This document shows, in pieces, positions 20,352-29,285 of a stretch of 64,000 nt of DNA. The notes below the pieces were generated by a model. It worked only from the letters and a program-made list of their open reading frames with translations, did not search any database and was not told the DNA's origin. The stretch is from an uncultured virus (IMG/VR IMGVR_UViG_3300031525_000002) (taxonomy: Duplodnaviria > Heunggongvirae > Uroviricota > Caudoviricetes): IMG/VR virus record IMGVR_UViG_3300031525_000002, one strand, 5' to 3'. The stretch's first letter is position 1. Each line of letters opens with the position of its first letter. Position numbers and translations under genes: made by a program.

Positions 20352-20681
20352 GTGAACCCACTCCTCCTCATCGGAGCGCTGGGTCTTGGCGGCTACCTGC
20401 TGGTGTCCTCGAAGAGCGGTGGAGGGTCGAACGTAGCGGCCGCCCAACAGGCGTCGGCAAGTCAGTTTGGAGGCCTCAATCCGTCCGGCCAAATCGGGGC
20501 GCAGTCGAGCCAGTACGGGGGCGTCAACCCGGGGCCGTTGTCGCCCGCCGATGCAGCGAACGCAGCGAGCATGGGTCTTTCGTCGCAGGAGTACATCGAC
20601 GGGGGGCTGCAAGGCTCTGCAACAACGAGCGGGACGGTCGGCGCACGCTTCGACCCCATGTCCCAGAAGTGGTACGCCTGA
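20352..20681 (+). CDS. N-anchored membrane protein (array)
   Basis: MNPLLLIGALGLGGYLL; ends TTSGTVGARFDPMSQKWYA. Confidence 0.75.
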   Translation: MNPLLLIGALGLGGYLLVSSKSGGGSNVAAAQQASASQFGGLNPSGQIGAQSSQYGGVNPGPLSPADAANAASMGLSSQEYIDGGLQGSATTSGTVGARFDPMSQKWYA

Positions 20682-21049
20682 TGCCGCTCTGGCTGATTCT
20701 TGGCGCCGTCGGTGTGGGCGGCTACCTGCTTCTCTCGAAGAGTGCGTCCGCTTCGACGAGCAACGTCGCCGCTGCACAGGCGCAGTCGAACGCTGCCATC
20801 GCGCAGGCCATCGCGCAGAACCCCAGCGGGCTCGCTCCTGGGTTCGGGGGCCAGGTCCCTCCTGGGACGCCCTACTACCCGCCTGCGGCTCCGGTCTACG
20901 ACCCGTCGACGGACCCTGGGCCGACAGCGCCTACGGGCGGTCAGGTGTACGACCCGAACCTCGGGGGCACGCCTGACATCAACAGCATGCTCGCGGGCAT
21001 GCAGCCAGGCAGCGGGGTGGTCAGCGGCACGGTCGGCCGGAGGCGGTAA
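20681..21049 (+). CDS. N-anchored membrane protein (array)
   Basis: MPLWLILGAVGVGGYLLL; YDPSTDPGPT module; ends VVSGTVGRRR. Confidence 0.75.
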   Translation: MPLWLILGAVGVGGYLLLSKSASASTSNVAAAQAQSNAAIAQAIAQNPSGLAPGFGGQVPPGTPYYPPAAPVYDPSTDPGPTAPTGGQVYDPNLGGTPDINSMLAGMQPGSGVVSGTVGRRR

Positions 21050-21415
21050 GTGCCCACGCTTCTCATCGTCCTCGGGCTCGGCCTAGGGGCGCTTCTGCTC
21101 ATGCAGGCGAGCGCTTCGGCGTCGACGTCTTCGACGAACGCGTGGCCTCCCAGCCAAGCGGTCCAGCAGGCGCTCATCGACCAGATGAGTGCGATGGCGT
21201 CGGGGGCGCTCGGTCGTCCACTGACTGCGCAGGAGGCGACGAACATCGGCAACGGCATCGCGCAGGCGCCCGCCGAGTACGTCTCCACCTTGGCGGGCGC
21301 TACGCCCACCGTGGCAGGATACCAAGCGTGGGTCCTGAGTCAGCTGTACCAAGCGATGATGGCGGCGGCGCAGGCCGCTTCTGTGTCGCAGTCGATCGTG
21401 CAGCAGACTGGGTGA
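21050..21415 (+). CDS. N-anchored membrane protein (array)
   Basis: MPTLLIVLGLGLGALLL; WPP..YQAWVL domain. Confidence 0.75.
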   Translation: MPTLLIVLGLGLGALLLMQASASASTSSTNAWPPSQAVQQALIDQMSAMASGALGRPLTAQEATNIGNGIAQAPAEYVSTLAGATPTVAGYQAWVLSQLYQAMMAAAQAASVSQSIVQQTG

Positions 21416-21420
21416 CGCGG

Positions 21421-21774
21421 ATGCCGCTCCTCTTTCTTGGTCTCCTCGGCGTCCTCGCATACCTCGCGTACACCAACAATGCGAACGCGAGCTCGTGGCC
21501 ACCGAGTGCTGCCGTACAGCAGGGGCTCGTGAACCAGATCGCAGCGATGGCGTCGGCTGCCGGCAGTCCGATGGACGCGTCGCAGTTGTCCGAGCTCGCT
21601 ACGTCCGTGAACGCGATGCCTGCCGCCTACCAGTCCACTCTGTCGGCAGGCACGCAACCGTCCACGGCGCTGTACCAAGCGTGGGTGCTCGCGCAAGGCC
21701 AGCAGGCCATCGCTGCGGGAGGCGCGACGGGGTACTCCACGAGCGGGTACGTGCTCGGGCCATGGGTCGGATGA
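21421..21774 (+). CDS. N-anchored membrane protein (array)
   Basis: MPLLFLGLLGVLAYLAY; WPP..YQAWVL; ends STSGYVLGPWVG. Confidence 0.75.
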   Translation: MPLLFLGLLGVLAYLAYTNNANASSWPPSAAVQQGLVNQIAAMASAAGSPMDASQLSELATSVNAMPAAYQSTLSAGTQPSTALYQAWVLAQGQQAIAAGGATGYSTSGYVLGPWVG

Positions 21775-21989
21775 TGCCGCTGCCCATTCTCCTCGCCTTC
21801 GGCGGCATCGGCCTCTACATTCTTCTGTCGCCTGCCGCCCCGTGGGCACCGGCTCAGGCGGCGCCGGCGACTGCCCCCCCGGTCCCGACGCCGCCTCAGC
21901 CTGTGTCCAGTGACGCCGAGCCGCCATTCGTTCCTGGGTTTCAGGGGACACAGGCGACGGCGGGGTGGTACTATCGCCGGTACGGGTGA
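21771..21989 (+). CDS. N-anchored membrane protein (array)
   Basis: MMPLPILLAFGGIGLYILL; ends ATAGWYYRRYG. Confidence 0.7.
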   Translation: MMPLPILLAFGGIGLYILLSPAAPWAPAQAAPATAPPVPTPPQPVSSDAEPPFVPGFQGTQATAGWYYRRYG

Positions 21990-21995
21990 CCAGAA

Positions 21996-22625
21996 ATGGA
22001 GATGCTCCTCCTCAGCTTTGCAGGCTCGATGCTCGCGTACTTCGCGTTCCTGTCGGCCTCCTCGAGCGCCGCTTCAGCGCAGGCGGCCGCCGCGACGAAC
22101 TGGCCTCCGACGGTTGCGCAGCAGCAGGCGCTGCAAGTCCAGATCTCCCAACTCGTTGACGAAGTGACGGGCCAGCCGCTCACCGCGCAGGAGCAGGCCA
22201 ATTTGCAGATGCTCCTCGCGAACGCACCTGCGCAGTACCAAGCGGGCCTGCCGACGGGCATGTCACCAACGATGGCGGGGTATCAGGCATGGGTGCTTGC
22301 GGGATCGGCTGCTCAGGTGGCGGCGAGTTCGCAGATGCCCGCGACCCAGTACGGAGGATTCACCGGTACGGGGCCGCAGCCAGCGGGATCGGTGTCTGGA
22401 CCACTGCGAGCGCCGCCATTGCCCGTTCCGCCAAATCGTCGTCACCAGGTCGGCGCCGGCCCTCTTCCCGTGCCGTACGCGCCAGGCCCAGCGCGTCTCT
22501 ACTCGTACTATCCTCCGGACAACATGACCGTCCGTGAAGTGGTCTGGGACAGTTGGAACGACCCGTACACGCAGGTGTGGACAGGGCGCATGGATGCCGA
22601 AGGCGTCCGCTACCCCAACGTGTGA
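21996..22625 (+). CDS. N-anchored membrane protein (array)
   Basis: MEMLLLSFAGSMLAYF; NWPP..YQAWVL domain. Confidence 0.75.
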   Translation: MEMLLLSFAGSMLAYFAFLSASSSAASAQAAAATNWPPTVAQQQALQVQISQLVDEVTGQPLTAQEQANLQMLLANAPAQYQAGLPTGMSPTMAGYQAWVLAGSAAQVAASSQMPATQYGGFTGTGPQPAGSVSGPLRAPPLPVPPNRRHQVGAGPLPVPYAPGPARLYSYYPPDNMTVREVVWDSWNDPYTQVWTGRMDAEGVRYPNV

Positions 22626-22632
22626 GGAAGCC

Positions 22633-22968
22633 ATGTTCTTGATTCCACTTCTCATCCTCGCCGGAGGCGCGATCTGGTTCGCTACCGCGAAGGCCACAAA
22701 TGCGCCGGCTCCCCAGGCAACGGCGGCCGCCGTGCAGGCGCAGGTGCAGCAACAGGAGGCCGCCGCGTTCATCGCGCAGTCGCGTTCGCTGGGGATGTCC
22801 ACAGCCCAGATCGCGGATGCGTGGAATCAAGGCGTGTCGCCGCAGGCGTACGCGGCGAACCTACAGCAACAGTACGACCAGCAACTGGCGGACGCGCAGC
22901 AGAGCAATGCGACGGCCAGCGGCGACATCTCGATGGGGGTATGGAGCGGGTGGGGGAGGTCTGGCTGA
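22633..22968 (+). CDS. N-anchored membrane protein (array)
   Basis: MFLIPLLILAGGAIWF; GVSPQAYA; ends TASGDISMGVWSGWGRSG. Confidence 0.75.
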   Translation: MFLIPLLILAGGAIWFATAKATNAPAPQATAAAVQAQVQQQEAAAFIAQSRSLGMSTAQIADAWNQGVSPQAYAANLQQQYDQQLADAQQSNATASGDISMGVWSGWGRSG

Positions 22969-22969
22969 G

Positions 22970-23092
22970 ATGATGCAAGTCGAAGCCACGACACCGCCGA
23001 GCAACGTTGGGATCGCGCAGATGCAGGATTCCGCCGAACTCCTTGAGGCAGCAGCGAGGTACCTGCGTGAATGTCCGTGGAGGGGGCCCTGA
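22970..23092 (+). pseudogene. Possible remnant of an endonuclease VII-type gene
   Basis: SNVGIAQMQDSAELLEAAARYL resembles the EndoVII C-terminal CN.GLG.F.D...LL..A..YL. Confidence 0.4.
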
Positions 23093-23478
23093 TGCCATCA
23101 ATCCTGCTACTCGTTGGAGTAGGAATCGGGATGGCCTATCTTCTTTCGGTAGTCGGTCCCAAGCCACCGCCCGCTGTGCTTGCGCCAGGACAAATGGTCT
23201 CGATGCCTCCTGACCAAATTGCACAACTCCAAGCGGCGACCGCCGCGTCGCAGCAAGCGGCGCAGCAAGCGCTCCAAGCCCAACAGACCCTCCAAGCACT
23301 ACAGTCCGGCTCGCTCTTCGATCCTGGCTTTCAAGGGCAGGTGCCGGCGGGTACGCCCGCACCCACCACCGCGAGCGTGAGCGGCGTCCTCGTGTGGCGT
23401 GGAGAAGTAACGCAGGATGGCGGTCAGGTCGTCTATGACGTCATCGGTAACCCACACGTGGTCTACGGAGCCTCATGA
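23092..23478 (+). CDS. N-anchored membrane protein (array)
   Basis: MPSILLLVGVGIGMAYLL; SVSG followed by a ..GNPH tail. Confidence 0.75.
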   Translation: MPSILLLVGVGIGMAYLLSVVGPKPPPAVLAPGQMVSMPPDQIAQLQAATAASQQAAQQALQAQQTLQALQSGSLFDPGFQGQVPAGTPAPTTASVSGVLVWRGEVTQDGGQVVYDVIGNPHVVYGAS

Positions 23479-23948
23479 ATCCTCTCCTCATTCTCGGTGC
23501 GGTCGGTATCGGCGCGTACATCCTGATGTCCTCCTCCTCGAGCAGCGCCTCACCTGCGGCGGCGAGCCCCTACGGTGGCGGGGGAGGAGGGGGCGGCGGA
23601 GCGGCACCCTCGAGCGGGTACGGCGGTCCGACCACGCTGGGTTCGGGCGGGTCAACGACGCCCCTCGGGCCGGCAGCGGTGAGTTCCTCGTCGCCATCGA
23701 CGGACAGCGGAGGGTACGGCGGCCCGTCATCCTCGAGCCCGTCATCCTCGAGCGCTCCGTCACCGACGTACATCACCGACGAGACCATGGCTCAGTTCCC
23801 CAACCTAGCGACGGGCGCGGGGCAGGGGATGTCGAGCTACGGTGGCGTCGATGAGGACGACACGGGCGGGTTCCCAGCGGCGAGCGCGACGGGGACAGCG
23901 TCGGGACCTGGGGTGCGGTGGGATCCGATGAGCAGGTCTTGGTACTGA
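23475..23948 (+). CDS. N-anchored membrane protein (array)
   Basis: MNPLLILGAVGIGAYIL; ends TASGPGVRWDPMSRSWY. Confidence 0.75.
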   Translation: MNPLLILGAVGIGAYILMSSSSSSASPAAASPYGGGGGGGGGAAPSSGYGGPTTLGSGGSTTPLGPAAVSSSSPSTDSGGYGGPSSSSPSSSSAPSPTYITDETMAQFPNLATGAGQGMSSYGGVDEDDTGGFPAASATGTASGPGVRWDPMSRSWY

Positions 23949-23949
23949 G

Positions 23950-24351
23950 ATGCCTCTCTGGGTCGTCCTCCTAGGGGTTGGCGGTGTCGCGTGGTGGCTG
24001 TTCCAGCAGTCCTCCACGTCTACGAGCGCGCCCGCGCCGTACCCGGTAGCGACGAGCCCCCAGTTGTACGCGGCTTCCTCAAGCACACCAACCGTCACGC
24101 CTCTTCCATCGATGCTAGCGGCCGGATGGTACTGGGAGGATCAGGGCAACACCTCAATGGTCGTGATCGGTGACCCGATCAAGGCGATCGCGATGTCGCC
24201 CGATGACGTGGCGACCGCCGTGTATGGGACCGCCGTGAGCGCGTTGGACAACATCACCATGCAGGTGTCGCAGCCGGCGGCGGGGCTCCCGAGCGGTCAG
24301 CAGGTGACACTGCCGCTGTCATACGTCACCTCCGACTCCGTGGGCGTCTGA
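23950..24351 (+). CDS. N-anchored membrane protein (array)
   Basis: MPLWVVLLGVGGVAWWLF; W.DQ.N...GQ..TLPLSYV domain. Confidence 0.75.
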   Translation: MPLWVVLLGVGGVAWWLFQQSSTSTSAPAPYPVATSPQLYAASSSTPTVTPLPSMLAAGWYWEDQGNTSMVVIGDPIKAIAMSPDDVATAVYGTAVSALDNITMQVSQPAAGLPSGQQVTLPLSYVTSDSVGV

Positions 24352-24777
24352 GTGATCCCGCTCTGGCTATGGCTCATCGGTGGTGGTGCGGCCGCGTGGT
24401 GGCTGCTCAACTCCACCTCGTCGAGCGCAGGCAGTTCGAGTGCGCCGGGCACTCCTACGAGCCCGCCAATATCGGTCGCATCCTCCGACGGTCCATCGTC
24501 ACCCGTTCCCGTCTGGACAGGCTCGGTCCTCGCCTCGGGGTACTACTGGGGTGACCAGCAGAATGACCAATCGCCCGCGCTCATGAGTTCCGTGAAGGCA
24601 CTGGCAATGACCTCGTATGGACTTGCGTCCACCATCACCGGTCGGGTGACGGTACCGCTGACACCCGGCGGGAACGTGACTTTCCTCGTGACGGCGCAGA
24701 CACCAGAGGACCCGAACAGTGGAATTTCGTTCGGCCAGAGCATTACTCTTCCCCTTTCGTACGTGGCTGCGGCATAA
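24352..24777 (+). CDS. N-anchored membrane protein (array)
   Basis: MIPLWLWLIGGGAAAWWLL; W.DQ.N...GQ..TLPLSYV domain. Confidence 0.75.
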   Translation: MIPLWLWLIGGGAAAWWLLNSTSSSAGSSSAPGTPTSPPISVASSDGPSSPVPVWTGSVLASGYYWGDQQNDQSPALMSSVKALAMTSYGLASTITGRVTVPLTPGGNVTFLVTAQTPEDPNSGISFGQSITLPLSYVAAA

Positions 24778-24956
24778 AGGAGTCCATGGATCTATCGAAA
24801 GCAGTGAGGTGGTTGGGCTGGTGCCACGCGTCCTCGAAGGCTCGTATCGACTGGGCGTGCAAGCACGGACTCGACTGGGCACGAAACACACCGTGATTCC
24901 AGTGTCTACTGGACCGTGGTAAGGTAGGCGTAACCCTTCACTGGAAAGACCCAACG

Positions 24957-25448
24957 ATGGCACTGCCCCTGATCCCCATCCTCGGCGCCGCCGGCGTCGC
25001 GGCCTACCTGCTCCTGTCCGGGAAGTCGACTCCCGGAGCCGTCACTGCCCCCACAGGTCCTGGGGTGGCGCCATCGTATGGTGGTCCCGCCGCACCCGCG
25101 CCGGGCGCGTCTGGCGGTGGTCAGACGTATGGCACGTCACCGGGGCAGATCGACCCCAACACGGGGATGACGATCCTCGGCCCGGGAGGAACCAACGAAG
25201 GTGGCGGGCTCCTCGGCAACGCGGTGGGCAGCGACGGGAGCGACGACGGAAGTGGCGGCACAGCCATGAACGCTGCCGTGGCTACGGGGACTGAGGTGTC
25301 TGGTGTCGTGGGGGCGCCGCAACTCCAGTATCACCAGCTCGCGGACGGCTCGTGGACGTACTGGAACGCTCAGCTTCGATGCTGGGTGCCCACGCACGAC
25401 GGACACGAGTACGGGGCTCCGCCGCCGCCAGGGTTGCCCGTCTTCTGA
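24957..25448 (+). CDS. N-anchored membrane protein (array)
   Basis: MALPLIPILGAAGVAAYLLL; EVSGVVG followed by an aromatic tail. Confidence 0.75.
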   Translation: MALPLIPILGAAGVAAYLLLSGKSTPGAVTAPTGPGVAPSYGGPAAPAPGASGGGQTYGTSPGQIDPNTGMTILGPGGTNEGGGLLGNAVGSDGSDDGSGGTAMNAAVATGTEVSGVVGAPQLQYHQLADGSWTYWNAQLRCWVPTHDGHEYGAPPPPGLPVF

Positions 25449-25456
25449 GGCGGGTG

Positions 25457-25786
25457 GTGAACCCCCTTCTCATCCTCGGCGCACTCGGAGTCGGCGCCTA
25501 CGTCCTGCTCTCGCCGAGCACGGCATCAGCGGCTTCAGCGGCCCAACCGATGACGCCTCCAGGGCTCGTGCCTCGCGCGAGCCCACTGGCACTGCCGCAG
25601 CCGCCATCGACATACGACCCGTCAACGGATCCCGGACCCACGAATCCAACGGGGGGTGTGGTGACGGACCCGAATCTCGGCGGTGTGCCAGACATGACCA
25701 GCGTGCTTCCGTCGGTTCAGCCGTGGCAGAGCGTTGTCGCCAGTGGTCCCATGCGTTTCGATCCGCTCAGCGGGAGGTGGTACTGA
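25457..25786 (+). CDS. N-anchored membrane protein (array)
   Basis: GTG start, NPLLILGALGVGAYVLL; YDPSTDPGPT module; ends VASGPMRFDPLSGRWY. Confidence 0.75.
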   Translation: MNPLLILGALGVGAYVLLSPSTASAASAAQPMTPPGLVPRASPLALPQPPSTYDPSTDPGPTNPTGGVVTDPNLGGVPDMTSVLPSVQPWQSVVASGPMRFDPLSGRWY

Positions 25787-26079
25787 TGGAGCCGCTCATT
25801 CTTCTCGGTCTGCTTGGGGTCGGCGGGTACTTCCTGTTCTCGTCGACTGCTCCGGCGGCCGCGTCACCGGCAGCACCGCCGACGCCTCAGGCGCCTGTCG
25901 CGCAGCAGCCGCCTCAGGCCCCATACGTTCTCCCCGGAAGTCCCGGTTACACGCCTCCAGACATGACCGGGGCGAGCGACCAGGAGCCGGGTGGATGGTC
26001 CGGCAACCTTCCGGTCAATCTTCCACCGACCGTCAGCGGCCAGGTCGGCTGGAACCCGTTCACGAAGAGGTGGTACTGA
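25786..26079 (+). CDS. N-anchored membrane protein (array)
   Basis: MEPLILLGLLGVGGYFLF; ends TVSGQVGWNPFTKRWY. Confidence 0.75.
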   Translation: MEPLILLGLLGVGGYFLFSSTAPAAASPAAPPTPQAPVAQQPPQAPYVLPGSPGYTPPDMTGASDQEPGGWSGNLPVNLPPTVSGQVGWNPFTKRWY

Positions 26080-26948
26080 TGCCGCTCTGGGCCTTCCTCG
26101 GACTCGGCGGCGTGGCCGCGTATCTGCTCCTGTCGAAGAACGCCGGAGCCGCCAATGAGCAGGGTGGAGCCAGTTACCAAGGGACGACGCTCGGACCGGG
26201 AGGGTCTTCCTCGCCTATCGGGCCAGCCGCGAGCACCCTTGGTACCTCGAGCGACGACTACTCGACCACGTTGGGGCCTGGCGGTTCGCAGACGCCACTC
26301 GGCACGGCTGCGAGTTCCACGGGGACACCCGACGCGTACACGCAGTTGCAGGCGGCGGCCTACAACCAGTCTCAGATCGAGGCCGCAGCAACGATGGTGA
26401 GTGGGTACGTCGGAGCCAACCTCGCGCCGGGCGCGCGCCACGTGTACGTGACGCCATCGCCATCGCCGCCCGTCGATCCGGGATTGTTCGGGGGTTATGG
26501 GGCCACTGGTGCCACGTTTTGCTCAAACGTCTGGGCGTGGATCGCGGTCGGATCGAAACCGCCGACTTGCCCACAGCCGGGAGGAGGCCGTTGGGTCCTC
26601 GTCTCGGCGCTCGGACCGGATGGGATCGTCGCGACATCGGGGCTGACACCGCTCAGCCTGCCATTGTGGGTCTGGTATCCGACCGGGCTCCTGACGATCA
26701 TGCCAAGCACCGAGTGGTTCGGCTGCAATGTGGTGGGCGCGCCATCGCCACCCACTGGTGGCACGTACACCGATGGCAGTCCCATCACCTACCTAGAGAT
26801 GTTTCCTGGATACTGGGTAGAGGCTGCGGCGTATCGCGTGAGCGACCCGACATCGCCCGCGTACTCACTTCCGTCGGCCCACGAACTATCGTTGCGTCGT
26901 GCACCGCACGCGCCTCGCTTCGACCCGATGAGCGGTCGGCACTACTGA
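26079..26948 (+). CDS. N-anchored membrane protein (array)
   Basis: MPLWAFLGLGGVAAYLLL; TTLGPGGS twice; ends RFDPMSGRHY. Confidence 0.75.
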   Translation: MPLWAFLGLGGVAAYLLLSKNAGAANEQGGASYQGTTLGPGGSSSPIGPAASTLGTSSDDYSTTLGPGGSQTPLGTAASSTGTPDAYTQLQAAAYNQSQIEAAATMVSGYVGANLAPGARHVYVTPSPSPPVDPGLFGGYGATGATFCSNVWAWIAVGSKPPTCPQPGGGRWVLVSALGPDGIVATSGLTPLSLPLWVWYPTGLLTIMPSTEWFGCNVVGAPSPPTGGTYTDGSPITYLEMFPGYWVEAAAYRVSDPTSPAYSLPSAHELSLRRAPHAPRFDPMSGRHY

Positions 26949-26954
26949 GGACCT

Positions 26955-27335
26955 ATGCCGCTCGTTCTCATCCTCGGGCTCGCCGCCTACCTCATGCTGT
27001 CGAAGGATGGTGGTGCGGCAGCCCCCGTGGTGGTCGCGCAGGCATCGTCCACGCAGGTGATGGCGCAGCCGTCCCCGCCTGTTGAGCCGCCATCGGCCCG
27101 TGCCGTAGCCGAATCGAACAGCGGCGCGATCCTCACACCCGATATGCCGAGCACGATCCTCGGTCCCGGCGGTTCGCAGACGCCACTCGGGCCGAGCGCC
27201 ATCGCGACGCAACCGGATCCCGCCCAGATGACCCAAGCTGCACTGGGGCTGGGGGTGGAGACGCTGGGGATGCCGTCGTCAACAGTGCAAGGGCCATCAC
27301 TGCGATGGGACCCCATGAGCCGGAGTTGGTACTAA
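26955..27335 (+). CDS. N-anchored membrane protein (array)
   Basis: MPLVLILGLAAYLML; ends TVQGPSLRWDPMSRSWY. Confidence 0.75.
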   Translation: MPLVLILGLAAYLMLSKDGGAAAPVVVAQASSTQVMAQPSPPVEPPSARAVAESNSGAILTPDMPSTILGPGGSQTPLGPSAIATQPDPAQMTQAALGLGVETLGMPSSTVQGPSLRWDPMSRSWY

Positions 27336-27505
27336 TGATTCCTCAGCCGTACGCGTTCCTCTTCTGCCTCGGGGCGTTCGCGATCATCATGCTCATCCCG
27401 GTGAACAAGGGCACTGCCTCTACAGTGACGACGGGTCGTGGCCCGATCATCCAGCCCGGTTGGTACATCGACGCGAACGGGCAACCATTCTACTGGGGTG
27501 GGTGA
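27335..27505 (+). CDS. Small N-anchored membrane protein (array)
   Basis: TM segment followed by VTTG..GWYIDANGQPFYWGG. Confidence 0.6.
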   Translation: MIPQPYAFLFCLGAFAIIMLIPVNKGTASTVTTGRGPIIQPGWYIDANGQPFYWGG

Positions 27506-27981
27506 GGCGCGTGAGTTCCTCCCGCATCCTCCAGCACCTCCATCAAGGGAGCGCGCCTCAGGCCGGCTTCCCACTTCCGTTCGACCTCGTGGTCCTCTGC
27601 GCGCAAGAACGGCAGTATTCGCCCAGTGTCTACGGACACCGTCCGTTCGGTGCGCGCGCGAGGGTCCTCCGCGTTCCGCTCACCGATGGCGGACAGCCTC
27701 TGTCGCCTCAGAACGCGGCTCGAGCATACGCAGCGGGCACGGCCGTGGCGGCCGCCTTGGTGCGTGACGAGCGTGTGCTCGTGACCTGCGCGCTGGGTCT
27801 GAACCGGTCGGGCATCGTCAACGCGCTCGCGATGCTCCAACTAGGAGCCGACGCGCCCAGCGCAGTGGCGATCATAAAGCGTCAGCGTCCAGGGGCACTC
27901 CACAACCCACATTTCGTGCAGTTGGTGTATGCTGTGGCCGGTCGGTCTCTCCTTCGAATCCCCCTCACTCAGGTGGCGTAA
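27502..27981 (+). CDS. Dual-specificity/protein-tyrosine phosphatase
   Basis: CX5R loop VLVTCALGLNRSG, upstream PLTD, downstream R..AL.NP.F. Confidence 0.85.
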   Translation: MRRVSSSRILQHLHQGSAPQAGFPLPFDLVVLCAQERQYSPSVYGHRPFGARARVLRVPLTDGGQPLSPQNAARAYAAGTAVAAALVRDERVLVTCALGLNRSGIVNALAMLQLGADAPSAVAIIKRQRPGALHNPHFVQLVYAVAGRSLLRIPLTQVA

Positions 27982-27982
27982 C

Positions 27983-29284
27983 ATGCCCTGGCTCATTGGC
28001 GGTGGAGTCCTTCTCGCGCTCCTGCTCAGTTCGAACAGCAGCACCGCTGCCGCGACGCCCGCGTACGCGCCCGCAGTCCCCCCGCAGCCGCAGTCTCCGT
28101 ACCTGCCATCGTCACCGGCGTACCTGCCAGTGTCATCCCCACCGCCGTCGCTTCAGGCGCACCTTGCGACCGTCTTGTCGCAACCGTCGAGCACCCCGTC
28201 CGTGGTGACGGACTTGTTCAACCCGCCCCCCAGCGTGACGCAGTCGGTGTTCACGTCGCCTCCGTATGGCTCCGCGCCCGGGCACAACCAGTTCGCATGG
28301 TGGATCAACCACTACACGGGTTCGGACTACAAGAACGGGCAGACCATCAGCCAGCACGACATCGACGACGCCGTGCACAACGCCATCCACACGGGTACGC
28401 TCCACGATGTCGCGATGCTGCAGGAGTTCGCCACGCAGCTCAACGGCCAGCAAGTGCCTGGCTACTCGACGATCCCAAACGTGCTCACGAACTTCATTCT
28501 CTCCCTTCAGACGGATGCCATCGCGCCGTACGTCTCTCTCTATGCCAACGTCCACAACTGGCCGACGGCGGACACGAAGGCGGACAACACTGCGATCCCT
28601 GCGGCTGAGAAGGCTGACCAGGCGGCGCTTCTACGAACCATCGCAAACGTGAAGACCCTCGGCACGGTGTCGGACTGCAAGAACCTCGGCACGCTCCTCA
28701 TGGGTTACACCGACTTCGGCATCCAGTGGGATTCGTATGGGGCGAGCCTCGTCGCCTACGCCAACACGCCGGCGTTTCGGGCGGCCGCAGCCGCTCGAGC
28801 GAAGCCCAAGCCTGCTCCCGCCCCAGTACGCGCCACTGCTGTCTCGGTCGCTCGAGTGCGCGCTCCATCGAGCTCGCCCATCGGGGTGACACCGCCACCG
28901 GCGGCTCCCCCGCCACCGGCGGACACGGGCGAAGCCTCCTCGGGCTCTGGATTCAACTGGCAGGACCAGGGCAATACAACTCCGCCGAATCCCGGTGACG
29001 GGGTTGCGGCGGTCGTCGTCGGTCCGGACGGGACCTCCTACTCGGTCACGGGTATCGTGGATGCGGACGACGGGACCAACGTGACCTTCACCGTGAACAC
29101 CGACACCTCCGGGGCACTGACCCCAGGTCAGCAGATGGTCGTTCCCCTCTCTTACGTCGCGGTCGTAGCAGGCGACAACCAGACGTACGACGAGGGGGAG
29201 CCTCCGATGCCATCCACCCCGTCCGCCGATGCGGGCGAGTCCGACGTCGGTTCCGGTGAATCTGGCCCCGAGCTCGGAGGCTGA
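27983..29284 (+). CDS. Large N-anchored membrane protein (array)
   Basis: MPWLIGGGVLLALLL; W.NHY.G..Y..G domain; C-terminal WQDQGN..GQQMVVPLSYV domain. Confidence 0.75.
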   Translation: MPWLIGGGVLLALLLSSNSSTAAATPAYAPAVPPQPQSPYLPSSPAYLPVSSPPPSLQAHLATVLSQPSSTPSVVTDLFNPPPSVTQSVFTSPPYGSAPGHNQFAWWINHYTGSDYKNGQTISQHDIDDAVHNAIHTGTLHDVAMLQEFATQLNGQQVPGYSTIPNVLTNFILSLQTDAIAPYVSLYANVHNWPTADTKADNTAIPAAEKADQAALLRTIANVKTLGTVSDCKNLGTLLMGYTDFGIQWDSYGASLVAYANTPAFRAAAAARAKPKPAPAPVRATAVSVARVRAPSSSPIGVTPPPAAPPPPADTGEASSGSGFNWQDQGNTTPPNPGDGVAAVVVGPDGTSYSVTGIVDADDGTNVTFTVNTDTSGALTPGQQMVVPLSYVAVVAGDNQTYDEGEPPMPSTPSADAGESDVGSGESGPELGG

Positions 29285-29285
29285 C

